Below the pieces are notes generated by a model. It had not been told where the DNA came from. It was given only the letters and a program-made list of their open reading frames with translations, and made no database searches. Positions 1 through 14,816 of a DNA stretch of 64,000 nucleotides are shown here, one piece after another. The position numbers and the translations under genes were made by a program. The stretch lies in NCBI RefSeq assembly GCF_009914755.1, contig NC_060930.1. The stretch is one strand, 5' to 3'. Origin of the DNA: the human T2T-CHM13v2.0 reference genome, Homo sapiens. How positions within the stretch are numbered: position 1 is the first letter of the stretch; each line of letters starts with the position of its first letter.

Positions 1-327
1 TAAGCAGAGAATTTGTTGTATTGTTGTAGTTGTCTTGGGTTTAGATTTATTGCATAAACAATCATTTTTGAGAAGGGCCCACAGTCAGAAGTTGGGAGTC
101 TGTTGCAATAGTCTCAGAAGAATGGCAAAGACCTTGCCTAAGGGGACAGTGTGGTAAAGGAGAGAGTCTACATTTGAAATATTTCTGAAACAAAAGCCAA
201 AAGATAAGACTTCAAACTTCTGATTGCAAAGTGAGATAGAAAAGTTTCTTTCTCTCTGTCTCTCTGTTATACCCATACACACACACATATGCACAAACAC
301 CTGAAAGAAAAAAAAATTCAGGGAACA

Positions 328-616
328 GGCCAGGTAGGGTGGCTCATGCCTATAATCCCATAAATTTGGGAGGCTGAGGCTAGTGGATCACTAGAGCCCA
401 GGAGTTCACAAGGCCAGCCTAAGCACATAGCAAGACCCTGTCTCTACAATTAAAAAATTACCCGGGTGTGGTGGCACGTACCTGTGGTCCCAGTTACTCA
501 AAAGGCTGAGGTGGGAGAATCACTTGGGCCCAGGAGGTCAAGGCTGCAGTGAGCATGATTGTGCCACTGCACTTCAGCCTGGGCAAGAGCGAGACCCTGT
601 CTCAAAAAAAAAAAAT
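328..616 (+). mobile_element. Alu (AluJ-like)
   Basis: GGCCAGG...GTGGCTC start, dimer structure, A tail. Confidence 0.9.
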
Positions 617-1242
617 TTTTTTTTTTTTTCCAGAAAACAATACTATCTTAAGCACCAGCACTTTAGTATATTCTACTGTGGACTAGTTCATTTTTAAAAG
701 AACACTAGGTTGGAAATCATGAGATTGATTCCACAACTCACTAAAGCACCGTGTCACTCAGTTTGGAAAATATTTCTCCTTAGAGAGATTACAGGTGCAT
801 CTTTCTGAGCACCTGTATGTTTTTACATTTGTTTGGCTTCTCTGACCTTTGATAATTTCTGAGTGTTGTACTATTAAATATTAGTGGCTAGGGGTCAAAT
901 TGTGGATCAGGTTGATCCTTATATTTACAAGTTGACAGATACGTTACTCCATTGCTTTAAAACTAACACAGAATTAGAGAATTTAGAAAATTCTTACATT
1001 CCATAATTTAAGACCCAGAAAAAAAAGATTCATATTTTGCATTAGATAGCTAAAATGGTACCATAAAAACAAATGATATCCACATATATATAGTATATAG
1101 TGCTTCTTCTGTGCCAGTCACTATCCTAAGTTTTTCTCTCCCTTCCCCAAAAATGTAGGAATTAACTTTATAGATGAAGAAACTGAGGCACAGGAATGTC
1201 ACATGACTTGCCCAAAGGAAATTCAGTCTTCCTTTTTCAATT

Positions 1243-1373
1243 CTTTTTTCTTTTTACTTTGCTGCAGGGTCTCGCTGTGTTGCCCAGGATGCTCTTGAAC
1301 TCCCGGACTCAAGCGATCCTCCTTCTTCAGCCTCTCAAAGTGCTGGGATTACAGGCATGAGCCACTGCGCCCA
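1243..1373 (-). mobile_element. Alu monomer (FLAM-like)
   Basis: Reverse left-arm sequence with T tract. Confidence 0.85.
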
Positions 1374-3790
1374 GTCAGGAAATTCAGTCTTCTAAACATT
1401 CATTATTGAAATAATATTTCCATAAACATTTTCTTAGATAAACTTTGGCATCTCTAACTTCTAAGTAGCAAAGTCATGGAAACAGTCACAGAGAAAATAA
1501 CTTTATTTTAAAAATAATAAATTCTTATCTCCGGTGATAAGAAAAGTATACAGCCCATTTTTTAAAGTATTAATTTTACATTCTAATTTGGTTTTTTTAA
1601 TGTTTACCATATATTTCTCTTTCTACATATGTGTGTGAGTGAATAAAATAAAGGCATCTACAGATTTTTACATGTTCAGTGAGATTAGCAGGGTTTCACT
1701 TGACAGCACTCTTACCATACTCACTTCTTGGCTTTTCCTGATATCTAACATTTTTAAAATGAGTAGTCCCTTTTCATATGATTCTTCCTTTTTCAAGCAC
1801 TATTTTTGAACTTTATATTTGATTGGCAATAATTTTTACAGACATTATTTTACGATTAACTTTAACTCTGTTCAAATGATTTCTTCATTTTCAAGTATTT
1901 TATTTGAACTGCTTTTTTTGGTTCAACTACTGAGTATTTAATTTGTCTGTTTTGTAGAAAGGGTATGTAGATAATTCCATGTTTTGTAAAAGTTGTCTCT
2001 AAAAATCTAACAAGTGTAAGTACGATGCTATTACAGGGCTGAGAGACACAGAAAAAACACACACACACACACAAAATTTTTTTTTAAGTATTACTTGGTC
2101 TCTAAACTAAAGAATTTACCATCTATTTTGGGAGATGAAATCCAAACATAAGCAATGACAACAATTATTATGTGCTTAAATCAATGTCCAAGACAATAAT
2201 TGACCCCAAGGCAGGGAAATCACTGAGAGAGTATAGCAGAGAAGGTGTCCTCTCTGTTCAGATGAGCCTGAATAATTTGTTCAGTAGGTTTCTGCTACTC
2301 ATTTATAAACTGCACATCTTCTGTAGTCCTGGAAAATGTCTAAGAGGAGAGAGGAACTAAGATCAGGGCCACCATTTAATTAGGAAGTTCTGGGAGTACC
2401 TGACCCAGAAGAAAGATCAGCATAGCTGAAAATCACCCATAGGAGAAACATCTAGGTAATCTTATTTCTGTTCCACCTGACATTTCAACCTCTCTTTTCA
2501 GCTATAAGTATATAAGTACTTATATGTAAGTAAAGAAATTTACCCACATCATGTTGTTTTTTATTCAATGCTTAACATGTATAATGCTAACAACACAGAC
2601 TTGATGTCCAAAACATTTCTATGAACAGCTCATTACTGGATGACTGAAATAATTTTTCCAAGCCACGTGGAGGTTAATGAGTCAGTTTTTGAAAGCAAGG
2701 AGAGAAAAACATTAGAATTTAAGGTGACGTTTCTGTTGCGTTGTAATCCAGAATACAGAATAGTCAGAGAAAAGCAGAAAGTCTTTCTTCTTAAATTTTC
2801 TGAAAACCAAGGTGTGCATTAAAATGGTACATGCCTACTTCCCTTTCCCTTTACCCTTTTTTCCTGCATGGAACATAGATATGACCCCTAGACATGCTGC
2901 AGATGACCATGAGGTTGAAAGATACATGGAAGATGGTTAACACAGGATGATAGAAGAGACCTGCATACTTGGGCAGCCTAGACAGCTCCTGCCAGCCCCC
3001 AACAAAACAGCCTAGCCTTCTTGCCAATCAAGAAAAAAAATCCCTTCTGGTAACCCACTGTAAGTGAATTTCTGTAAATGTGGCCCAATGTATCCATAAT
3101 TGATATACAAATATTAGTTTAGTGGGTAGCACCTCTCCATGAGCATGTCGACTTCATGAGACTGAGATTTTTGACTGTCATGTGCAGTTGTCCCATTACA
3201 GTGCCTGGTGCATGGGAACAGCTCAACTGTGCATACCCATTGAAGAAATAGATGCATGGTCAATCGAATTTCCAGGTATATCATATGTTTCCATAAAAAA
3301 AGTAAACATACAGCATATCTCCTTCCAGTTTATTTATTTTTCTCTCTAGGACCAATTTACAGTCTATCAGCAGTGCGTGAGCACCTGTTTCACCACATAT
3401 ACAAACCCCTCCAAGACTATAAGGATATCATTAAGCTTTTTATCACTGTCAGTTAAGTGGTAAACATAGTTTTCTACATACTTTGCATTTTTGTTTCTCA
3501 TGAGATTCAATGTTTTACATGGGTAAGTTGTTAGATCATATTTATTCAAGATGAGGCATTTGTCTCCTGGTAAGACATCTTGGTCTAATGCTGACTCTGG
3601 GGTGTGGACATTTGGCTGTTGACTGTGAGGTGGCTATCTACATGTGGAGTGGAGGAGTCCTGGCCTTGGATTGAGGAGAACAAGGTCAACTTCTCACCTC
3701 ACTTGTTTCTGGCTTTTGTGACCTTGGACAAGTTTAACTTTTCTCTCTCCTAGTCTTAGTTTTCTTGTCTGTAAGTGACAGCAATGATGC

Positions 3791-4234
3791 TGTCTTTGTT
3801 GGCTTGGGCTGCCATAAAAAAATACCATAGATTGTGTGGTTTAAACAACAAAATTTTATCACAGTTCTGGAGGCTGGAAGTCTCAGAGCAGGGTATAGCA
3901 TGGCTGGATTCTGTTGAGGGCTCTCTTGCTGGCTTGTAGAGTGCTACCTTCTCACTGTGAGAGCTCACATAGCCTTTCCTCAGTATATGTGCAGAGCTCC
4001 CTCTCTTCCTCTTTTTTTTTTTTCTTTTAAATAAATTATTTAATTTGGAAGACCAAGTGCAGAATCTTCCTCTTCTTATAAGGCCACCAATCCTATCCAG
4101 TTAGGAACCCATCCTAATGACCTCATTTAACCTTAATTACCTCTTATAAGTCCTGTCTAGGAATAGAGTCATATTGGGGTTTATGGCTTCAATATATGAA
4201 TTTGGGGGGATGGGGAGACAATTCAGTCCATAGT
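3791..4234 (-). mobile_element. MLT1 (ERVL-MaLR) solo LTR
   Basis: GGGCTGCCATAA...TTAAACAAC...CACAGTTCTGGAGGCTGGAAGTC...GACAATTCAGTCCATA. Confidence 0.8.
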
Positions 4235-5019
4235 AAACACTTTCTCAAAGAGTAGTTATAATGTTTATAAGAGACAATGTAGGTAAAAGTAGTTTCAGTT
4301 GCATGCAGCTAAATGCAGTTTAGTATCCCTTCAGAGTCCTCCGCAGAAAAGGCACCTGATAAATATTTATGTGGCCTTAACCTAAGGTATTATTCTTTAT
4401 ATAGTGCCTTCCCATGTAATGATTGATGTCATGTTTATCATTTTGCAGTGCAGTTTATTTCTTATAGGGTCATGGCTAACAAGAAACATGGGAAGAATGA
4501 CCCTCACTAATAGAGTCATTAAAATAATGTAATTTCAATTTTTTTTTCTTTTGAAGGACTATTAGGTTAACAATGATTTTTAAAATTTATTGTAAATATG
4601 AGTGCTATAAAACAGGAATTTCCATATTATTTTGGGATTATAAATTGGTATGATCCTGAATAGCAATTTGGCAATGTATATGTTAAGAACCTTAGAAAAT
4701 GTTTTTCACTTTTGATTTAGTATTTCCACTTCATGAAGTCTATCCTTAGGAAATAATATTTGAACAAAGATTTATGTACAAAGATGTGTGAGCTATATAA
4801 TCTATAATATAATGCATAAAAATGGGAATCAATTGAAGTAGTCAATAACAAATACATAATTATCAATATATCCATAAATTATACATCCATAAAAAAGTTT
4901 CTAAGTATATTTATCTAAATATATATCATGACACCTAAATTTATTTTATATATGATACATGATGTGAGATATATGTATATATGAATATGAGTATATATAA
5001 TATACATATAAAAAGAATA

Positions 5020-5283
5020 GGAGATACTAGGAGTTATTTTAATTTTGTCTTTATGTTTCCTGTGTCATAAATTTCTATGAAGAATATTTTAATAGTTTTA
5101 TGCATAGAAAAAAGAGCTAATTTTTCTCAGCCAGGTGTTCATTTGTCCTTCTTTGATTGTTCAAAATACCTCCATTTATCTTCTTCTAGGATCACTCATT
5201 TTCATTGGTTTATTTGCAAGATGAAACAGTGTCCAGCAGTGACGACTGTTGGAAAAGATATGTCTAAAAGCTGTTGTCTCCCC
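5020..5283 (-). other. H2BC4: Candidate distal non-coding terminal exon of polyadenylated H2BC4 transcript
   Basis: Minus-strand acceptor CTCTCTCTCTTTTCTCCAG|GGGGAGAC (AG at 5285-5284). AATAAA 5209-5214; ATTAAA 5088-5093 and 5038-5043 (-). Partner donor CAA|GTAAGC at 13662. Shares a motif with the H2BC5 distal exon. Confidence 0.65.
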
Positions 5284-6557
5284 CTGGAGAAAAGAGAGAG
5301 AGTGATTGATTCACTTCTGTAATTTATCAGATATGAGATATTGTATTTGACTCTGAGAACAATGATAATGATGATGGCTAAAGTTCACTGGATGTTTGCT
5401 CTGTGCCAGGCAGTGTTTTAAGCACTTTACACAATAGATACCAATGCATTTAGTTGTTCCAACAACCTTATGAGATACCTACTGTCATTCTCCCTGCGTT
5501 ATAGATGAGGAAATTAAGGCACAGAGAGGTTAAGTTTCCCAGGTAGCACAGCTGTTGGATAATGAGCCTGTGCAGTAAACCCACATCCTCTAGCCCTTGA
5601 ATGTCTGTACGCTCTTAAAAGATGAATGTAACCTAGTCAGTGTCCTAAAGTTCCATTTGATCTAAACTTGAAGGATAAAAATTTATCCAGTGAGGAAAAA
5701 GACTTAGTGTTTTTCATAAAGAAGATACAGCGACGAAGGCCAGGCCGTGGGGACTGTCTGATTTTTAGAGCCTAGAACCCTGAGCACACTCTCTAAACCC
5801 TCCAACATGCTCTTACTCTGTTGCCTGCTGAGCATCTTTGATCCACTCTTGAGGCTAGCAGTTTTCCTTCCATTCAAGATCTCACAACGTGTATTGTTCT
5901 CTGCAGATTTTTTAAACATGCAATTTTATTTTTTAATTGTTAAAAATATATTTATTTCAGTGCACTGAAGCTCAAATGTGTGTGTTTTAAAATCTAGTGT
6001 CCAAGGTTCATTACCCCAATTGTTTAAGCAAGTCTAACAACAAAAGGGGCACATTTTAATTTTCAATTTTTTTTTGTTCTAGCCTACAGTTGAGTTTGGG
6101 CAAATAATAGTAGACAAAAAAGTGAAAAGAAAACTAAGGACAAGAAAATAAAGGAAGGGAGAATGGGGGGAGAGGAGGGAGAAAAGTGAAAACAAAAGTT
6201 TATTCATATTTCTCTTGAATCCAATTCTTTTACCATTTGAAAACTTGATATGGTCAGAGAATAAGCCTAGAATTTTAAGTGATGAGGATAAGGTTTTACC
6301 ACAGGTAGCCTCCTCTACATAGGTCTATTTCCTCATAGAATGAGAGAAGCCCCATCATTTCTGCTCTTTTACCCTTCTGAGCCAGCAGCAAGGAGATCTA
6401 CTATCAAGGCATGAGCAACTGTAGAAACATGAGACCAGATGTCTCTATTAATTATTCTACAAATTGCGCATTGGATGATAAGGTTACATGAATCTTTAAA
6501 TCAGCAAACCAAAGTCCCATTATTATTACATATTTTTTCCTCCTCAGAACTGAAGTG

Positions 6558-6864
6558 GGGCGGGGTACAGTGACTCACACTAGTAATCCCAACAATTTGG
6601 GAGGCTGAGGCAGGAGGATCACTTAAGCCCAGGAGTTTGAGACCAGCCTGGGCAACATAGTAAGACCCCATCTCTACAAAAAACTTTTTAAAAAATTAGC
6701 TTGGCATGGTGGTGTGCACCTGCTGTGGTTCCAGATACTCAGGATGCTGAGGCAGGAGGATGGCTTCAGCCCAGAAGGTGGAGGTTACAATGAGATGCGA
6801 TTGCGCCACTACACTCCAGCCTGGCAGCCTGGGCAACAAAGTGAGACCCTGTCTCTGAAAAAAA
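6558..6864 (+). mobile_element. Alu (AluJ-like)
   Basis: Dimer; flanking AGAACTGAAGT/AGAACTGAGGT TSD. Confidence 0.9.
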
Positions 6865-9800
6865 GAACTGAGGTCAAGGAGTAGTAAGAAAGTGGCTCAT
6901 TCTCCAGATTTACTCTCTTTTTCTTAATTATAATGAACTCATGATACTTGAGGATATGTCAAACTGATCTTCAGACCCCAAAGAAATTACTCAGAGCCTA
7001 GAATACCTTTCAGGAAATGTTACAGTGGTATACTCTACTCAATTTAATTTTATGCTTGGTCATCCAGGATTACACAGGCTAAAGGTAGGAAAAGTTTCAC
7101 TAATTTTTAATGTCTTTTAATTTAGGACTACTGGGATTGTCTGTCAATGTGCTGAATATATATATCCTTCCAAATCTGGAAGATTTAAGAGAAATGATAG
7201 TTATCATTCTTTAAGTCCTTAGGAATATGCCTAGAGAGCTAATTTCATATGTTCAGGGAAAAAAAGTGTATTTTTTCTCAACCTGTTGGACCCCGGTAAA
7301 CATACTATGATCAACTGGCATTTTCATATCAAATAATTTATGAAATTCTTATAATTTATAGAAGGCCAACTCCTACCAAAGTCTTCAGTCATAAGCTGCT
7401 TCAAGTCCTTTTAGGAGCGTAAAGATGGTTATAAATAAAATTTGTCAAACAGCAGTAAACACAGTGGTTTATATGCATTAAGGATCTTTAATCTTCACAT
7501 ACTTCTAGAAGGTAGGTGCTATTACCATCACTGTAAAGGTATAGAGAAGGATACTAATGCACAGAGAGATTAAATGACCTGCCTCAGAGTCCCACATCTT
7601 ATATGTGGTGATCTGGGAGTCAAACTTGGAGTCTGTCTCCAGAAGCTTCACTTTTTGTCATCATTGAGCAGTGCTGTGCAGCCATTTTACTAGCATGATA
7701 CCACGTCTGGAACTAGTGTTCTATAGGTGCTATTTCATTTAATCTTCACCCCATCTTTATGAGTAGGGCAATTATTACCACTCTATAGGCTCAGGGTAGT
7801 TGAGTTTGTCAAACTGTGACTGAAAGACATTTAATTTTTGGCATACTATTTACTTGTGCTCAAGGTATATCAAGCAATGGACTGATTTCACTCAACAAAG
7901 TATTTTAAAAAGATGATTTATAAAATAGAAATGGGAGAAAAAAACTACAAACTGTCTAGGAATAGGATGTTATGTTTGCACATTATTTTCAGTAGAAAAG
8001 AGTTTAGTATGGATACTCTCTTCTTGTATAAACCAAGAATGTTAAAAGAAAACAATTAGTGATTCTCTAGAAACAATTAGTGATTCTCTAGAAACACTTA
8101 AGATTGGCTGTGCAGCACTATGGCTATCTCTGTGTAGTATTTTCCACTGACAACCAACATTTCCATGTTAGGTAGGCCATGTCTTCACGATTTCTGGCAC
8201 CAGAGTTTTTCAACTCCTCCATTTTTGGTAAAAATATCTCATAAAGGAGCAAGTCTAACCATGTGAGTTTGTTTAGTTTTTTGTTTTTTGTTTTTTTGAC
8301 AATGGCTTTGTAACAACATTTAATAATCTGCATATTAGAGAAGCACAGAAGTAGGGCAAAAAAAAAAGTTATGAGGGTAATTACAAATATTATAAGAATT
8401 CCTTAAAGTACAAATTGTCTCCAAGAATTTAATTGGCTTGTCTTAGATGAATAGGTCTCAAAGATCAGTTTGGTCAAAGATCAGTTTGGTCAACTTTAGT
8501 TAAACAAGTTCATTTTTCCTAATTGATTATTTTGACTCAAATGTGGGCCACAGGCAGAAATAAATTTTCTAGTAAATATTCTTATTTAGGAACTTTTAGT
8601 CAAGTTATAAAGGTCCTTGTTACAAACCTGCAAAAAGTTAGCATGCCAATATCTTAGTAAAATATAACTGAGATTTGTTTATTTGCTTGTTTTTTAATAC
8701 TTGGGAGGGCCAGATCAAAATTTCATCACTGGAAAGACAGATAATGGAGAAAAGGACAAAACAGAATAATACCACAGGTAAAAGAAGGAAGAAGCTGTCT
8801 ATTTCAGACCTCATCTTCCTCTGTAGACTTTGAAGAGGAAACTTCCTACTTCCAGAATTCTGGAGGTCTTTTAATGAATCTCAGAACTGTATTTTTAGTG
8901 ATAGTGTATTTCTCAGTGAGATTCCAAATGTGTTTACACTGGGAAGCACATATCCATCTGCTCTGAAGTATAAAAGCAGTATTTGTTGTTTGAAGTACTG
9001 AAAATGGAGGTTCCAGCATTGTTATAATGTTGTCAGAGAAGATTGGTTATTACATTAAGATATGAATATAAATCATGGCTATATAAAAATAAGAAAAAGA
9101 TTGAAGTCTTATTTTAGAGTGACAATCCATAGTAAATTGAATGTACCACATTAACAAACAGTAACAACTTTTTAAATAAGTAAAGGCTCAAGGTAGTCAT
9201 TATCTCGAATGCTTACTTGTGTTTCTCTGTAGCTATAGTACTTGATAGAGTCAGAGCTGTTTGGATTAACCATAGCCCTTAAACAAAGCAGGCAATTGTG
9301 TTCCCGCATAGGCATGACGAAAACAGAGGCAGTCATCCAAAACCTGCATGGTCCTCTACGCCCACACGTATACAGTACGTGATTTACAAATCTAAAGTGG
9401 CGAAAGCAACAGTATCTATTCTAAGGCAATCATATGTTCTCTTATCTGTTTATCAATGGTTATTCTAAACTGTGTAAAAATGTTATTTGCATAAAACTAC
9501 ACTGTTTCTTGTGATTTGTATTTTGTACCCTCCAATTTAGAAATTGTCCAGGTATCCAAAGATTGAGAATTAATTTACTCAATTTAATAATATTCACCTA
9601 AATTCTTAAAGTTATCATACACTGTGAACTCAGTACTTAAGCTCACACATTGAATCCTTATAATTAGTAACATAAAATTTAATTCCATTTTTAAAAATGA
9701 CATTATCTATTATCATTTAATTTGGTTCAATGAATAATTTACAATTTTAGAATAATAAATAAAGTGATGTTAACTCATGTAACCAGTACAACTAGTGGAA

Positions 9801-10331
9801 GAAATTTAGTAAATGCAAGTTAAATTAGCTTTTGTTTTTGTTTTTTAGAATATGAACCCTAAACTTGTGTATACTATAATATTCTGCTAATATTATTTTT
9901 ACAGTATAAGAATAAAGAAGCCATTTTTAAAATGAAATTATTAAGCCAATTTGTCCAAAAAAAATCTTGATTAGATGTATTATATATTTTCCTTATTAAA
10001 AAAACCTAATAAAAGAGGTATTAATATTTTTAAGTTATTTAAAAATTGTGAAGTATTTTTTTTACAAAATACTTTAAGCTGTTAACTAAGACCACTAATG
10101 AAACTCACAGTTAAACTTTTTTTCTCTTAATTAGAACTTAAAGAGGTAGCACATTTAAAGCACAAGGAAAATTTTTGATTTTTTTTTAGACAAATGAGTT
10201 TTTATTTAAATTGATGTATTTTAAGTCTTTATGTAAGCCAACTAAAATTTAAGATTACATTATAATTTATTAATTCCCTTAAGTGGATAATTTCACAATT
10301 ATTTAAATTCATAAAATAAGATAGTCTTTTC

Positions 10332-10694
<363 letters not shown>

Positions 10695-11919
10695 TTATCT
10701 ATTTAGCATGTTGATCAGTTAAAGAAATAAAAGTATGTAATTAAGATCAGAAGTCCCTCAGGTGGCACCACTGCTGAGAATATGAATAATTCTGATTCTC
10801 AGTTTAGAAGAAAATTCTAGTTTCCTAGTTTCCAGCATCACATCCCTTACAATAAACTCGTTAAGGTTTAGAAAATATTAAATCTTTGTTTTATTCAGAT
10901 ATTGAAAGCACTCTTTTTTTTCCCTGACTCAATAGTCCAATTTGTAACAACATTATGTTTCTTCTGTCCTCTAACCTTACTTAAAGAACGTGAAGGGGCA
11001 ATAATGTGAAATTACTAAAATTAATAATAAGCTGTAGAGCCTCTGCCATAGCAGTTATTGAGACCAGACATTCGGTTTCCTTGATTTCCTTTTTGTCTCC
11101 TGTTAGTCCTAACACTTTCTTAAAGTCAAAAGTTATAACAGGGCAGCCATTTTATATTCATATCATCTTAACACAGGAATACTGGTTTTGCAGATATCGA
11201 CAACTATTTGGACTCAAAAAAGACAAGTTTTGGAAGGTGGAAAGAGGCATACAAGCACAAAACATCAAATCCCATGTAAAGTCAGAAAGAAAAACACCAA
11301 CTCTAACCCTGTGTCCTCACAGAGAATATCAACATCTTCAAACAAAAACACCCCAAAAAAAGGTTAATAAATAAACCAGATTTCCTGTCCTCTCCACTGA
11401 CTAATCACTTAATGATGTGACCAGAAAACCAGAATTCAAATTCTACTACTGCCACCAATATGCAACCAATCAGCCAAGTCCAATTAGAATAACCAAAACA
11501 AACAAACGCGGACGATAAACTTTTAGCATGCAAAAGCCAAAGGAAAGTGAACAGAAAACTCAAAGGGTCCAGGGATAGACAACCTGTTTCCAAGACACAC
11601 ATTTCTGTTGGTTCTTATTGTATGACTCACATAAACACTGTCTTGGTGGAAAATTCAGAAATAAATGACCAAGAAGTTAATAATTTGCTTACTGGGTACT
11701 TGTACAGAAGAGAGAACAAGCAATAGAATTATTTCATCTAACACAGGCAAAAACATAATCTATGTAAGAGAAAGGGGAAAAGGCGGGGAAAGAATACTGA
11801 ATTTTGTTTGCAGATTTTGGTTACACTGATTAGTTAGTTGGCAGGTAGGAGAGCGGTCAGTCTGAATGGGAATAAGTGACCAGGTCCATTAGAGGCATAG
11901 AAAAAAAAAAAACCATTTA

Positions 11920-12255
<336 letters not shown>

Positions 12256-13594
12256 TCATTTCTCATCAGAATTTCTCAGATAAGTTATCTAGGCAAGGCA
12301 GCCTGTGATTGCACAGCAGTGTTCAAGTATAAGGCCTTGTCTGGCACCAAAGACAGGCCTTAGTTTATTTCCCAGGTGTGAAAGAAATTGCAGATTTAAG
12401 ATCACACAGTCCTTATGTTAAATAACTGTAACCTAAATTACATGGTATTTAAGTTTGTAAAAATCTGCTTTAACACTAATTTTATTTATTGTATATTCCC
12501 GGTTTTTAATGGAGAAAGCAAACTTCTAGGTGCTAAAAACGTGTTCTAGACTTGAATAAAAAGATAGGTAGACTACGTCTAACCCTTCATCTTAAAATCT
12601 TTACCTGGAAAAGACCATGAGTAAAATACTTAAGGGAATGTGGAATTTCCCAGGCCACAAAGCGGCCTGCAGTTGTCTAGGAAGGGAGAGTCCTCTAGGA
12701 GATACAGTGTATGTGCTAAGTTTAATGACGTCTCCTCTTCATTCTCCCCCACCCAGCGCCTAGTCCTTACTGGCCTTCAGTTCAGTGTTCGAAGGCTTGT
12801 CAATTTACCCAGCAGTTAAGAGTTGGCTTCTCCTAAAGCAACTTTCAAACTTGTCTGCATGTTACAAGCCCCCTACGGAGATTTTAAGTTTCAATCAGGC
12901 AACACACCATTTATGGCTGACTGAGCACTGGGATTCAAGCAAAATTTGATTTGATTTGAATCTTGAATAAACCAGTTGAATAGAATAAGATGTATGAAGC
13001 AACATCTGGCGCAGTGCTTACATCTTTAGTTCTGTACTGCCTTAGTGTTGTTATCAAAACTGACGCATATTAGGTTAAAAGACTATTACCGGGGCAGTTG
13101 GAAACCCAGGAGACACACCCTTCAGTATACTACGAAGGTGTGCGCCACGAAAACAGAGGGGGAGTCCTTCCTTAGGCAGTTACTGCCCAGGTTCCCACTC
13201 CGGTCCGCTATGTAAATCAGAGTCTCAAAACAGCTTTCCCTCGATTGGTTAATATTTAAAATGACAGGACAGCCTATTGGCTAGAAGCTGGTGGCGAAAT
13301 TATGACATTACGGCAACCGTTGATCCTGGCGACGTAGACAGGGACAGACAGCTGGGTCTGAAACCTAAGCGAGCCTGCGGTTTCTTCCGGGAACGCCGAG
13401 TTAGCAAAATGGCCGCTTGTCTCCATTTTAAATTTAAGCACAACGAATTGACCCCAAAGCCATTTTTAATGGCTGGCTTCTTTCGGGTTCAGGACCCTTT
13501 GTCCCTCTCTAAGCTGCAACACTTGTCCCCACCCCTCTCCAGTTCCTATATTCTAATACCCCTCCGCCGCCAAATAAAATTTGGCGTCTGGCCA

Positions 13595-13635
13595 CAGCTC
13601 TTTTAGTGGGTATCTGGGTGGCTCTTAAAAGAGCC
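13595..13635 (-). terminator. Histone 3' stem-loop and histone downstream element (HDE) of H2BC4
   Basis: Minus strand AAA-GGCTCTTTTAAGAGCC-ACCCA (stem-loop 13620-13635), then AAAAGAGCTG (13595-13604, U7 snRNA pairing site). Confidence 0.96.
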
Positions 13636-13671
13636 TTTGGGGTTAGGTGTTAAGACGCTTACTTGGAATGT

Positions 13672-14300
<629 letters not shown>

Positions 14301-14347
14301 CATGTTTTACATATTTCTTGATTTTGTTTGTTTTCTCGTGAGCTTAG

Positions 14348-14773
<426 letters not shown>

Positions 14774-14816
14774 TTTGACAGGTATCTGAGCTCCCGGAAA
14801 CGCTATCAAACCCAAA

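Noticed and set aside
3318-3560. Further minus-strand poly(A) signals (TTTATT at ~3329-3338 and ~3541) as another H2BC4 terminal exon
   Set aside because: Plausible, but I could not identify a clear acceptor, and AATAAA is frequent in this AT-rich DNA.
9301-9410. Short matches (ACGAAAACAGAGG, GTGGCGAAA, TCCCGCATAGG) to 13147-13300 and 62150
   Set aside because: Exact 11-13-mer matches are expected many times by chance in 64 kb; no extended alignment visible.
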